Below, piece after piece: positions 37,601 through 48,274 of a DNA stretch of 64,000 nt (the stretch's first letter is position 1; each line of letters begins with the position of its first letter). Location: positions 1 through 64,000 of the forward strand of contig NKIB01013024.1 in the NCBI GenBank assembly GCA_002256025.1. Reading direction: 5' to 3'. This DNA comes from Asterionella formosa (lineage: Eukaryota). A program made the translations under genes and the position numbers. Under the pieces are notes generated by a model. That model did not search any database and was not told where the DNA came from. It saw nothing but the letters and a program-made list of their open reading frames with translations.

Positions 37601-37986
37601 GGTGGATCCGATGACAGCACAGATTCCAACCTTTCCTTGATTTCCAAGGATGACTTTGTCATAATGATATCGTCAGGGGCGAAAGTTGAAGGCACAACGG
37701 CAAGTCCCAAACTTATGTTCTTGGTAGTCTCAGCAGACGTTTTAGTGCAGATCATCGAGGGATCTGATGACACACTCCTGCTACCAGCTGCTGTCGAGGA
37801 CTCTGCATTCGTCCTCGCCAAAGATACCGGTGTGTCATAGGTATCCGAGCTGCCAAAATCCTTTTTCAAAAGTGGATACTCGTCGATACTAAATTTAGTC
37901 TGACACAACTTTTGATTGGCATTCCGACTAGGAGTAGGTGGATAGATCGTGCAGCAACGGGCTTGCTCATTTCGGAGGGACACCAT
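34669..37986 (-). CDS. Hypothetical Ser/Thr-rich disordered protein, family member 2 (1105 aa)
   Basis: 3.3-kb uninterrupted ORF; close paralogue of 48275..51718 with only frame-preserving indels. Confidence 0.92.
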   Translation of the reverse strand: MVSLRNEQARCCTIYPPTPSRNANQKLCQTKFSIDEYPLLKKDFGSSDTYDTPVSLARTNAESSTAAGSRSVSSDPSMICTKTSAETTKNISLGLAVVPSTFAPDDIIMTKSSLEIKERLESVLSSDPPTEYEMENEPEQGRSNLRIGRRCWFNKNTQYVDLSRSLLQTPTATKEVIVESDMLSILKKNSDSSETAENSTGNVASRPSTSSSAQIAKIVGRVMQCTSVREDISVTESSILAKTSFGNNADSSMDTEYRVMASLPSKGSYADNIAENCKKVGMVTESSMIAETSFGTKSDSSIEAENRTVASLPLTNSHAVTAKCTTSLGRVVHPTSVSEEILITESPMIVETSLVPEPWTDPSAELDVGSTPKGRRSNSIGRRRWLRSGLQGERLTSTKMDGIASTGETIALPEVDPELTTTTTSNNNSVDGIPTKPTRMSNTSGPFDASLLHSKAHVLSSDLPLACSSTMSHLQQGISRSQSLSRLPSKVARKKNFFGNIRSSSLDRTVSRMEQTEQNSLAGDVVNDVQATLQQMQSELERATNQGKRVSREHVIGALQNVMGKLNAAEYDSRNDMALDGCDTSFVIADSRASKISVVNPKSPWVEKTLQSDESVSDASSGTFDTSKTSLQGVSWWRNSPKERPSLAHYLSRDQDRLAWDSLFSDLIYPFQSIVPSLCDVTEVDDTTRKTKVLRSNTKTSSGYMWNEFNSVLIDLASQFDCSYPVVPQKVKKCRSIKQRKRPRTWSQKVRRMLFKTKAKQGGKNFRPSRSANITQKQKSLKRDVLSVQNANVNSNGISNQQQAITPGNANIPIAKQIAACSSEAAKATSPEPAAENETPSDSNDVEIVYQQSQQGNISNDNLPWVVIAQTVIATKTSGKEPEQKGSEYPIGAFESKKKSEPRNRTFREFKSFRKKIVKAAMSSAVKQPKSMARSTSNMNGLSNRGFFGRSLRRNSMRLDNPNPIPISNMVVMSTPPEPPISSSPDRDSRLRYNCNEDIEDLFFLNPCHSAVDKMVNFFADDLCTAVGPSSRRNDNAMPNQPIDKGINGDDVGSVSQSSETTSSSQSESTPCRLQKSEPRNIRAFLALKSFRKRDGFADRQSHVF

Positions 37987-39419
37987 TGCTCACCTTTCCT
38001 CAATGGAGCCGCCTGAAATGGTATCTTCTTTCAAAAAATTTGTGGAACAATTTCTGTTCGGCTTCAGTTCAAGTTTAGTTCCCGGCCGCCGATATATTTA
38101 AATGGTATGATGTTCAAAATGTTCTTAAATATAGCATATAAAATACTCACATGATAACTGTTTAAATAAATATTCTTTGTGATCTCTTTGAAAAACGGAT
38201 GCACATTGTTGATATGACATAAATTATATGCCGAGCCTGGATGTCGAGAGTGAGCATGATGCACATAGCTTCTGGACAAGGGTACCGGTATGTATCTTAG
38301 GTACCTGGTAGCTGGTACAAGGTCAGTACCAACATCGAAGCAAAATTTAGAATAGAAAATTTGCTGAAGTTATCGGGCGGTTAGCCAAAGACAAATGCTA
38401 CCGGTACCGGTTCTCGGAAACCCGGGTTAGAAATTTTTTCCCCACGTGGCTAGTGAAAATATGTTCTTCGTGTACCATTAGATAAAATCAGTCAAATTCA
38501 GTCACAGCAGTGTACATGGGTGAGGGGGTCCGTGACACTAAAGTTTAGGGTATGCGATAATTTTCATTGAATCAAAATACCGTCCTGCAATTCTGCACTG
38601 TATGAAATCGGCGAGGGACAGGCTTTGGCAGATTAGCACTGTGCCAAGATATCTCAAGCACATGAAAGAAGAAGGGTACCTGGTACCAAATCTATTTACT
38701 GTCAACCTGGACCTAACCAATGGGGCATAGATAGATAAACACGTCGTGTGTCGTGCCTGACGTGCTCGATCATTGATTTTGAACAGGATGAATTTTTGCA
38801 GAGCGCGAGAGGAGGGGCGATGCATTAGTTATGTTTTGAAATACCGGTACCCTTGAACCATACCTGGTACACAACGCCGACATACCTTATACCGCATAAT
38901 GGTTGTCCTGGCCCCTGTAAATTTTTTTCGAGGTGGAACCAACAACCAATGATTTTTTAGACATACCGGTAGACACAGTCACGTGCTACGGTATGCTATG
39001 ATTCCATTGGTCCTCGTAGACACTTTTAAATAATTATTTAGCTATGATGTTTCGTTTCCTTCGTGTGCTGTGTGCATCCCGAAACTACTGGTACCGGTAG
39101 GTAGTCACCGTTGTTAACCAGGAAAGTCCGGTAATCAGCACAAAAAGCTTGCAGGTTGCTAGATTTTTGGTAATCGATTCACATGCGAGAAAAGGCGGGG
39201 GTAAACCAACCCCCAAAAATTGTCGAACCCCTAAATTTTGGGCCACTCCGTTCTTCCTTTAAATGATGGTAAGCCAAGTCCGCAGTAAATAGTTAGCAAG
39301 TTGAAGTCAGCATTTTTACTATTGTATATACAGGGTAGCAAAATGAAGAAGTAGATAGCAATGACTATTTTAATCGGCATTTGCCGCCTAGACTAGTCAT
39401 TCACTCCTATACCATTGTT

Positions 39420-40335
39420 TCGTATGGTGGTAACGGCTATTTACTGGGATCCTTCGGGGAACCGTTAAATCTAGATTTGCCAGTAGGGCAAATGATGCGC
39501 AGGGTGGGCCTGGGTGGGGTTCCGAAGTTTCAGAGGCAAGGGTTTTTGACAAGACTGGCTTCCAACGGGATGGCCTGGCTGCTGTACCAAAGGGGGAGAC
39601 TGTGATGGTCTCCGTTCCGGTCTTACCAGTTGATTGACAATGGTGTGATTCAACAAATTTATGAAGGTTCCGATACAACAGCCAGCAGTTTCCATGTGTA
39701 CGTACCTACTGGTACCATCCTTACCTTCCCAGTCTGCAGCGGCATTTCAGAGTCAACAAAGGCGCAGAGAAGGGCCATTGCCCCGCCCGTGCGTAGGGAC
39801 CGTGCACTGACATCAAGGGGGAGGAAGCCCAGGGTGGGCCCTAAAGCGGTGGCGGAGGTGCGGAGCGCGTCGGTGATGTGCTGGGCGGTGACATATTTCC
39901 AAGATTGGTGAAGGTGGTAGGCATTAAGGGGTGTTAGGGGGCTCGCTTGGGCCTTGCGGAGGTGCACGAGTCGGCGGGCGAGGGCATGGACTGGACAGGC
40001 ATAAAGGTGGCTGCTGAGGTTGTGGCCAATGACCTCGCCACAAACGCCGTTCTTCTGGTTGGTAAATGTGAGGGTGGCGAAAGTGGCGCGTTCAATGTCC
40101 GCAATGGGGCAGGTGAGGATGGTGAGACAGCGAGCACCGATCCACATCTGAATGTCCTGGAGACAAAACAATGAACAGGTGTTGAGGAGGGGGGAGGGCA
40201 GGCCACAGTACTACTTGCCAGGGCGCCTGAGAAAATAGTAAGCTGATATGGCCATGTCAATAGTGGCCTAATCCCGGGTGAGGGGGCTGCGGCATGCAGT
40301 GTGCAGGGCATGGAGGAGAAGCTGGAGAGGGATGC
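39420..40335 (-). mobile_element. DIRS-like element 3' part: C-terminal half of tyrosine recombinase plus terminal sequence
   Basis: YYFLRRPGK, ATLTFTNQKNGV.GEVIG, CPVHALARR and SARSLRTGGAMALLCA motifs; truncated before the catalytic Tyr. Confidence 0.9.
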
Positions 40336-41700
40336 GTCTGTAAATAAAAAATATCATGAAAATATGATCAAGGGTATCGTACTCTAAGTGGCACAGGATT
40401 TTCAAATATATGATAGTTTTTTGATCAAAAATATGATCAATGTATCATATAATTATGATCATGCAGTAAACTTTTACCAAGCTTGAAGTATGATGAGACT
40501 ATCATAGCTATAATACCATTGCATCATATAATTAGTTAAACATGGTCATATGATGTGTATACTTTTGTCATACATCTATCTTAGCATGATTGTAATTCTC
40601 ATCGATATCACTGTCTAAAATAGGATGAAATTGATCGAAATTTAGAACTATATTTAAGAATGGTTTTATGTTTCTATATCTTTAGTGGCTACAGAATGTT
40701 CTACAATGCTCTCATCGCAATGATTGGTGCTTCAGCTTTCACTTTCACTTCCACATTCCCCCCATTCCAATTCTGAAGGTTGTTGTACTGGCTGCCTTGC
40801 CGTTGTTCCCCTGTTTGCTTTGTTCCATTTACTCCTGAGGGTTGTTCTGAGTTTCCATTCATGCACTATTGAATCCATTTCGTTGTTCCAATCAGCCATA
40901 CTAACAAAGAGAAGCAATTCATTGTTAGCTGTTCATGTTTTGCTTGCACAACAACATTCATTTCGATTCTATCTGGCTGCCTTCACTTACCACAAATTGA
41001 GGAGGTAACTGATGCATATTTCTGTAGAAGAATGTGTCAGTCGAAGATTGAATGAGAAGGAAAGTATCAATCAATAAATGGGCTCCAACACTGCTATTAG
41101 TAACTTACAAATACTGTTTGTCTACCATTATCCTGAAAGAAGCAACACATATGTGTCAGTTTTTCTAACAGTTGTAGATTGATCCAAAGATGGCTGAGAG
41201 CACCTACCGATTTCTTTTGTCCACAGTGATGGTTGGACAGCTACCAAATCGAAAAGGAGCTATTGAATCACTGAAAGGGGTCGAGTCATTCCGTATATGT
41301 AATCCCAGCAATTGATCATCTTGGCATTTGCTCTTGACAAACCGTGATGCTATGCACAGCTTGTTGATTCCGCTCTTCTCCATCATAGTCACTCATTCTT
41401 ATCGTGCTGTATTGTCACTACAGTTTTTCGCATCATGTGTTGCCTGAGATCCTTCATTTCAGGAAGTGGATGCAGCATGACAAGGAACATGCAAGGCATT
41501 TGCTCTTGCCTTAGACTACCATCAATTGATTCCGCCCTTCTCTTCTAAGCCGCAAGTATCATTGTGCTGTATTATCACTTTCGTTTTCGGCGTCATCATC
41601 TGTGTTAATCCTTCATTTCAGGAGCAAAGTGTATGCATGACAAGGAACATGAAAACATGAATTCAAATGTTTCAGCCATGAATACATACATATAAAGATT
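40336..41700. repeat. Repeat X copy 2
   Basis: Colinear with 4180-5350 and 46453-47460. Confidence 0.9.
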
Positions 41701-43475
41701 TGTAAGACGTTTAAATGTATATATAGTTGAACATTCGCATAGTTTTAAACACGCTCGTTATACGGCACATCCTGTGTATACTTTCATCAATTTTGATTAT
41801 ACATAATTCAAATATATAGTACAATGCATGATGAGTTCATAGTTTTCCATGACCTGTTGAGTTTTTCAATTTTTTTGTGTCAATTATTGTACCTAAAAGT
41901 CAGTGGCTGATTTAATTAATACCCTTGATAAACAGGAGTCATCAGCAATTTTTCAAATGGTCAAAATCATACATTTATGTATATAGACATATTGACCAAA
42001 ATTCATTTGGCCTACCGGTAGTACTGTATAATTGCTGGTAATTACTTAGATCATGGAAATACCACAATAGTGCAGCGGAAAACTGAATATGCTCATGTGT
42101 ATAGGATCATTTGATCATATTTTTAAGATCAATTAATCCTGATTCTTGAACATGGCTGTATATCTACTAATGAAAGGGCGGGAGGAGTCATTCATGCACC
42201 TGTATAATATGAAATATGGAAATGATCAAATATAGCTAGTCTACAAAAGGAGCAGTGCATCATATATGCCCTTTTATTTTAATTCCTTTGAAATCTTGCT
42301 CTTGCTCTGTTCTGCGCTTTTTCGCCACAATTGTTTTCATTGGCTGTTTCACTGGACAGCATTCGAATTGATTGTGCTTTAAACGAAGCAATGATCAATG
42401 TCCACCCCATTGCAGAATGGTGAGTCTCACAACTAAGTATCAGCCAGTCGATTAAAATTGGACTGTCTTTTGTGCACCCTCTTTGAGTTTGTACTTGACT
42501 TGGCAGGCAGCTGTCAGCCAAGAGCAGCCATGGCATGTCACCATTTCTTGTCTATACAAGTTTCGAATGCGTTCAGCTATGATAACTTTTGCTCCCCCCT
42601 CCTAAACACTATCTCACCACGAACCCTTGTCATATATTCTTCTTTATCCTTTGGATTCACAGGCCCAGGTTACTCAATGCCTTCATCTGCAAGGAGTTCA
42701 GCCAAGCAGGTCCACGTTGGCGTGAAGAAAACCTCAACCCCAATTTTCCTCACATGCTCCACCCATTGACTTCTTCATTGATGAAGTCGAGGTAGCTATA
42801 TTGACGACATCAGGTGACACAGGCTTGTGTATAGATTGATGATGCTGAAAGCATTGCTTCCTTTCCGATAGTAGGTAACTATTTGTCAACATTGTTTGGT
42901 TCAATCCATTCTTGTTCCCGCAAGACCAGAAGCAATAATCCCTTTACTTCTCCTCCCAAAAACCTTCATTTCTCTTTCACAATTGTCCTGATGATGTTTG
43001 CAGAGCACCATTTTAAGTTCCCTTTTGATTTTTCCACTGGTTTCGATCCCTTTTGCATTAAAGTCAAGAAACAAGCAACTCATTGAGATTTCTGGAGGTT
43101 TTGGTCAGTGGCACCATAAAGCAACAACCAACAGATCATGGCGGCTGTTCTCCATTTTCTGTAGCAAGTGACATTCAAGAAGGGACTGGAATCATTGGGG
43201 AGAAAAATTAGTAGTAGGATTCTCGGTGTTTGCCCCCGCCAGGTTGGCAGCCATCCTACCATTGCTTTCTCGCACCAATCAATACTAGATAGTATAGCTA
43301 ATGAAAACCGTAATTAGATGAAATGTGACTTCCGGTTTCTAATATTTTACATTGTTGCTTTACTGAAACTTTAATCCATAAATGGTCATTCAACTTGTGC
43401 TTCTTGCATTTGCAGTATAGAATGGCTGTTGGGCGATAGGCCAAGCAAAGTGTCTCGCTTTTCATGAACATCTAC

Positions 43476-43679
43476 AAGGTACTAGTGCTTTTGTCGAGGT
43501 TTGTGACTAAATCCAACTGCTGCCATCAATTGAAATATTCCAGATACATCAAAGAATATGCTCCTGTCTTTAAAGGTAAGGTACTAGTGCTTTTGTCGAG
43601 GTTTGTGTCTAAATCCAACTGCTGCCATCAATTGAAATATTCCAGATACATCAAAGAATATGCTCCTGTCTTTAAAGGT
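43476..43679. repeat. Near-perfect 102-bp tandem duplication
   Basis: AAGGTACTAGTGCTTTTGTCGAGG... at 43476 and 43578. Confidence 0.97.
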
Positions 43680-43829
43680 AAGGAACTAGAACGATGACAA
43701 AGAAAATCAATTGAGTCATAAAAATTACGAAACCAGAATCACTCTGTTACTATAAATAGACTGTCTCATGCTTCTTTGTGCATATCGCCTGCTATGCTGC
43801 GTTTCTGGTGACGACTTGTCCTTATGTAG

Positions 43830-44395
43830 ACTCAAATTATATCATTCTGTTACAGGATTTCTATTGTCGCCTTTCGAAGAGCGTTCCAAACAAGTCATAC
43901 GATATTTGGGTTCATTGTCTTGGTATGACAAATGTTTATTTCCAGATTGGAATGATCATTGGTGATACAGAAGAACACAATAAAATTTGTGGCTTCAGGG
44001 GTGGTTATGGATTATATCGACGATATGTTTGTCGTGATTGCCTGGTTTCAACTGAAGATGCTGATAATCCTGATATTGGATGTGAACGTCATAAAGTGTC
44101 AGATGATAATAAGTTTTTAAACAAATTTCTTGACAAAAATGCATATCCCGATGGAAAATTGCCATGTATCCCACCTGAGTATTGTGTCTCCCAATCTAAT
44201 GGCAAATACGCAGCGCACAGGAAACGAGTGGTGCCGTGTTATATCGCATAATCCTATTATGCCTGCACTAATAAATCTTTTTTTAGTGGTGATTTGAGGT
44301 TCTTCAACAATTACTGCTTGGAATATTCAAGTTCGCACATTTTGGAATCTTTGTACAATTATCGGACTATCCCTGAAGATTGGACATGTTTTTTT
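43830..44395 (+). pseudogene. Second Plavaka-like transposase fragment
   Basis: VYFQIGMIIGDTEEHNKICGFRGG...CRDC is homologous to 18928-19167. Confidence 0.75.
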
Positions 44396-44409
44396 ATAGA
44401 AAGAAAATC

Positions 44410-45620
44410 TGTTGTTTGCTCCTGGAAAAGTCGGTGTCTGAGTCATCCTCATCAATAGAGCGACAAGTTCTTTCGCTGGAAAAATTGGTACTCGTGGTAT
44501 CATCATTCGCTCGTTGGAAGCACTGTCCATTGCCTCAAACCTGATTAGCGTGTGAGTATGTGCACTGTCGACTTTAGTACTACATTACAGGCGGAGTGAC
44601 TAAGCTACTAAATTGCGTGATATAATAATATACCCCGTGGCACCATGCATAATACAGTTGCTTCCCAATCATCTCATCATGATTGATACGATGATAACAA
44701 TGTGATATCGTGATAGGGTTACATCGATGCATACATCACCAAAGTATGATACGTAATATTGAATAAAGTACATCACATAGCTATGATACATTGACCATAA
44801 AACTGTGATGATTTTATAAAATGTTTATGATATAATTTTGATCAAAATATGATTATGTTAAAATAATACAATGACAATATAATACGATAAAATATGTACG
44901 CAAGTGTTACCAAGACATCATAGAAAATAAATGAAGCAATCATAAAGTATGTTAATTAATATATATGTTTGTCGTTTAATGTATACAGTTAAAGTCAACA
45001 GTTAATATGATAGTATTATACAGTGGATAGGATCTAAGTATATGGATGCGTTGATATGTACATCACTATAATATGATTTGTGATATGGATTGATGCATAT
45101 CACATACCGGTATCCTCAACAACCAGCCATCACGTTCATTGTCGTGTCGTCTTTCCTTGTTTTAGCTATATATATGCCGGCATGTGTATTGTGTAAACAC
45201 TACGCTGGCGGAACATGCGTATTACACTGTGCTCTGTTCAACAATTACTACACTCGGTTACCATCACACCAGTTCCACCTCCACAAGTGCCGCAAAAAGC
45301 TCCGCGAAAAGCTCCGCGTTTCCCTTCCACTGTTTAACATCATTGTCTCCTGTCCCTTTGACAACTTTCCAAATGGCATTTCACAGATCTCATGGAAAGG
45401 ATCAGTCAAACAAGAAACAAGACTTACTTCCATTGTTTACACTACATGACTTTATGTTTTCGGAAAAGAAAATGAAGAAACTTATGAAATCAATCGAAGA
45501 TTCCTTTGAATACACTCAAATAACAGATGAATTTGAACAGATTCATAATACTCCAGAAAAAATAATGAAGTATGCTGATACAATAGTGGCTGAGATTGAA
45601 AGGAAGGAAAGATTGCTTTC
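44410..45620 (+). repeat. Repeat D copy 2
   Basis: Reverse complement of 7890-9030; retains a segment deleted in that copy. Confidence 0.85.
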
Positions 45621-45626
45621 GAAGAG

Positions 45627-46452
45627 TTGCACACACGCCCCGCCTGTTTCCGCGAACTTGTCCCCACTCCACCTACTTTCATTGGCGCTTGTGACGCTTC
45701 TGGACACGTTATGGGAGGAGTTTGGTTCCCTCCTTCCCCTTTCCCGCCCATCCCAACCTCCGCCCGTCACACCGCCGAACTCATCACAGTAGTGGCTGTG
45801 ACAATCTCGCCACTGTTGCTTGGCAACACAAGGGTCTTCCACCACCACGTCGGCCCATGCCTACTTGTTATGCCAAGCCTCCTTTCACCAATGGCAGCAT
45901 CGGTACCACGAACAAATTCACTTTATTCCTGGGACTCATAACACCATGGCAGACACCACGAGCCGCTCTTTTCACATGTCCGACTCCGACTTTCTCACCC
46001 ATTTCAATTCCCACTTTTCTCAGCCCACCTCTTGGACACTACACCACTTGCGACATGAGATGATCTCCTCACTGATCATCACGCTGTGCAAGAGGCCATC
46101 GCTTCTGGCGTCATAGCCTCCCGCACCCGTGCTGCCTCCTCAGCTTGGAAACTGTGGGTCTCTTTTTGCACATCCCTCCACCTCGACCCTCTCCTTCCAT
46201 CCTTCCAAGATAAAATTCCCGTCCTAAAAATATTTGCCCACTGTTACCGACACAGCACCATCTCCCCCTCCAAACGACAGGTCCGGGCTCGCACAGTGGA
46301 AGATGCTGTGCGTCAGATTGCGCAGACATACTCCAACTTGGGGTTCCCAGACCCTCGTCTAAACCCCTTTGGGGACCTTGACTTCCGTCTTCTTCACCAA
46401 CAAAATTCTACGGAAAACTTGACTCGCCCCCCTCGCGTGTCGAGCCCATCCC
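45627..46452 (+). mobile_element. DIRS-like element: RNase H and N-terminal half of tyrosine recombinase
   Basis: GACDASGHVMGGVWF, CDNLATVAW, HFIPGTHNTMADTTSR; overlapping ORF WKLWVSFC...TVEDAVRQIAQT...DPRLN..GDLDFRL...DSPPSRVEPIP. Confidence 0.9.
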
Positions 46453-47460
46453 ATGTTCTACAATTCTCTCATCGCAATTATTTGTGCTTCAGCTTTCACT
46501 TCTACCTTCCCCCCAATCCAATTCTGAACGTTGTTGTAGTAGTGCTGGTTGCCTTGCCGTTGTTCCCCTGCTTTGTTGCATTTACTCCTGACAGATCTGA
46601 GTTTGCATTCACGCACTATTGAATCCATTTCGTTGTTCCAATCAGCCTTACTAACAAAGAGAAGCAATTCATTGTTAGCTGTTCATGTTTTGCTTACACA
46701 AAAACATGCATTTCGCTTTTATCTTCACTTACCACAAATTGAGGAGGTAACTGATGCATATTTTTGTAGAAGATTGTGTCAGTCGAAGATTGAATGAGAA
46801 GGAAAGTATCAATCAATAAATGGGCTCCAACACTGCTGTTAGTAACTTACAAATACTGTTTGTCTACCATTATCCTGAAAGAAGCAACACATATGTGTCA
46901 GTTTTTCTAACAGTTGTGGATTGATCTAAAGATGATAGCACTTACCGATTTCTTTAGTCCACATTGATGGTTGGCCAGCCACCAAATCGAAAAGGAGCTA
47001 TTGAATCACTGAAAGGGGACGAGTCATTCTGTATTTGTAATCCCAGCAATTGATCATCCTGGCATTTGCTCTTAACAAACCATGATGCATGCTATGCACA
47101 GCTTGTTGATTCCGCTCTTCTCCATCATAGTCACTCCTTCTTAGACGAATGGTGTATCATCGTGCTGTATTGTCTCTTCAGTTATTCGCATCATGTGTTG
47201 CCTGAGATCCTTCATTTCAGGAAGTGGATGCACCATAACAAGGAACATGAAAGGCATTTGCTCTTGACTTACCATCAATTGATTCCGTCCTTCCCTTCTT
47301 AGCCACAAATATCATTGTGATGTATTATCAATTTCATTTTCTGTGTCATCTTGTGTGATGATCCTTCATTTCAGGAGCAAAGTGTATGCATGACAAGGAA
47401 CATGAAAACATGATTTCAAATGTTTCAGCCATGAATACATATATATAAAGATTTGTAGAG
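46453..47460. repeat. Repeat X copy 3 (5'-truncated)
   Basis: Matches 40697-41700. Confidence 0.9.
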
Positions 47461-47484
47461 CCATGATGGCTCTACTGTGCATGC

Positions 47485-47985
47485 ATGTTACAAAGGTGTC
47501 GGAAACCCTAGTAAACCCGCCATTACCACCATCAAACAGTGTTACCACCTTCACTAGGTGTCTACTTAGCCCACCACAGAAGAGTTGTTTAGTAAACGGG
47601 AGTCCTAGGCAAAGTGGCTACAGCTGCTGTAGCCTGGGATGTGAGTGACATAGCAAACATGTCAGCACTTCCCCAGCACCATACACCTCAACCTCCGGTA
47701 GTTGAAAAGAAAAAAAATCATTATTTCATCAAAATTGCTGACTTCGAAAGCAACCTTGTTGAAAAGCAAACCACACCCACCCCGGAAACCTAGTCTACGG
47801 ACTCTGTGTACGGTGGTACAAAGGTGTCGGAAACCCTAGTAAACCCGCCATTACCACCATCAAACTGCATTACCACCTACACGAGGTGTCCACTTAGACC
47901 ACCTACACGAGGTGTCTACTTGGCCCACCACATAAGAGTTGTGTAGTAGACGGGACTCCAAGCCAAAGCGGCTACAGCCGCTGGG
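47485..47985 (+). repeat. Two ~150-bp direct repeats, probably DIRS-type terminal repeats
   Basis: TACAAAGGTGTCGGAAACCCTAGTAAACCCGCCATTACCACCATCAAAC at ~47489 and ~47817; resembles the reverse complement of 39420-39460. Confidence 0.65.
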
Positions 47986-47992
47986 GCGGGAA

Positions 47993-48158
47993 TTGCTGAA
48001 GGCAATACACGCCCGAGGCGGTCTCATGCCTGCGAGTATACATGTGTTCGAGGCTGGGTGGCGCCACTCGTATGGTCTACCTACTCGCGCCACACGGCCT
48101 CGAAGATATGTATACTCGCAGGCATGAGACCACCTCGGGCGTGTCTCGCCTTCAGCAA
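47993..48158. mobile_element. Fold-back/MITE-like hairpin (72-bp arms)
   Basis: The arms are near-perfect reverse complements (~7 mismatches); flanked by CGGGAA at 47987-47992 and 48160-48165. Confidence 0.8.
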
Positions 48159-48274
48159 CCGGGAACAAAAAATTGAGCTGAAGCCGAACTGTCATCTTTT
48201 CACAACCTTTTAAAGTCCGCATTTTCTTTTTGCATGAAAATACAAGTTTCAAGCGGAGGATCTTTTGAGGAGCA

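Noticed and set aside
34722..37840. Many overlapping short ORFs within the 1105-aa gene (and likewise within the 1147-aa and 817-aa genes)
   Set aside because: They are antisense or alternate-frame shadows of the long Ser-rich ORFs; their conservation is explained by the duplication.
42279..43262. Minus-strand ORF fragments between repeat X and the second Plavaka-like fragment
   Set aside because: Probably decayed element cargo, but there is no motif or second copy in the window to support a call.
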